Virus record (IMG/VR): IMGVR_UViG_3300047170_000049
Location: 1 to 64,000 of that record
From: a virus
DNA length: 64,000 nt
Direction: 5' to 3' (one strand)
Positions 63,357 to 64,000 of the stretch are shown piece after piece (position 1 is the first letter of the stretch; every line of letters begins with the position of its first letter). A program made the position numbers and the translations under genes. A model generated the notes under the pieces. The model was not told where the DNA came from, did not search any database, and was given only the letters and a program-made list of their open reading frames with translations.

Positions 63357-63999
63357 GACTCATCAATGATTTATAAAGCATCTCTATAGAATCCGTGTCC
63401 CAATCTTCCTTGAATGACATTGAAATGGCTGCGCCTTCAGCTTTAATGACAGGTTCTGATAGTGCTTTGAAGCAAGCGCATCTTACTGGTGTGCCGCTTT
63501 TAATTTCTGACTCACCACAATCTGGGCATGTGCTATTTTGTGACTTGTTAAGGCTCATCTTAAGAGACTTTACGAACGGATTTGGCACTTTAGGCCCCGT
63601 TTGTGGAGCTTTAGCGGCAGTTCCAGGAGCTTTAAGGTTTGGCAGCTTCATCTTAGAAGGCTTAAGGTTGGCATCTGTAGCTGGGGTCTTATCACCCATG
63701 ATGCCAGTCTTAGGTTCTTTTACGCCACCAGCACTACCAGCTTTTGGAGGTGCAGGCATTGCAGGCATCAATCCTGCTTTATCAAGTTCGTCGGTCTTAA
63801 TTGTTAGTTCAGGAGCTTTAGATTCTTTGGAGTGAGCCACAACACGCATAAGGTCATCAACCTTATCGTTAAGCATCTGCATCTGGGTATCATTAAGCTT
63901 TTGCTCTAACTCGTCAATTCGTTCATGTACTGAAGAATCTTCTTTGGCTGATTTTTCTTCTGGTTTCGATTTTTCGCTTTGGTCTGGTCCCATTTGAGA
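63337..63999 (-). CDS. 3' part of a late protein with a Zn ribbon (frame open to window edge)
   Basis: CPDCGE...CACF; no in-frame stop upstream of 63993. Confidence 0.75.
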   Translation of the reverse strand, partial: SQMGPDQSEKSKPEEKSAKEDSSVHERIDELEQKLNDTQMQMLNDKVDDLMRVVAHSKESKAPELTIKTDELDKAGLMPAMPAPPKAGSAGGVKEPKTGIMGDKTPATDANLKPSKMKLPNLKAPGTAAKAPQTGPKVPNPFVKSLKMSLNKSQNSTCPDCGESEIKSGTPVRCACFKALSEPVIKAEGAAISMSFKEDWDTDSIEMLYKSLMSRANGRK

Positions 64000-64000
64000 A

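Noticed and set aside
1976-63835. Numerous antisense or alternate-frame ORFs (e.g. 2814..3155, 11566..11958, 18777..19340, 53303..53740, 53864..54352, 63395..63835)
   Set aside because: They lie within better-supported genes and show no motifs or SD; treated as shadow ORFs.
1-64000. Stop-codon reassignment
   Set aside because: Long genes are intact under code 11, and TAA, TAG and TGA all terminate tagged genes at the same motif position.

Overview
Fragment of a large contractile-tailed (myovirus-type) bacteriophage genome, standard genetic code. The minus strand carries the late morphogenesis module: putative internal head proteins, neck/terminator, sheath, tube, chaperones, tape measure, hub, spike, baseplate wedge proteins, fibre-like proteins and a holin-like protein. 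Eight copies of a fixed-spacing motif (TCA-N5-TTA-N5-AAATCTTAAT) sit upstream of these genes and look like a phage late promoter. The plus strand carries small accessory and nucleotide-metabolism genes (class II-type RNR, thymidylate kinase, DEDDh exonuclease, CYTH, HAD, metallophosphoesterase, a receiver-domain protein), several preceded by close matches to the flagellar sigma28 promoter consensus. One initiator-like tRNA-Met is present. The standout feature is a family of about 34 clear (39 including divergent) small genes. Their bodies are unrelated or highly diverged, often with an SH3/KOW-like F-x-V-G-D start, but they share a C-terminal tail, roughly [TS]xEExxLxxLL[YF][GEDA]-stop. Twenty form a tandem array at 1-4761 and the rest are scattered, including inside the baseplate operon. 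The tail codons also supply the Shine-Dalgarno sequence and start codon of the next gene, usually as an 8-nt overlap, so the genes look like chainable plug-in cassettes with a common protein tag. All calls come from reading motifs by eye; no database searches were run.
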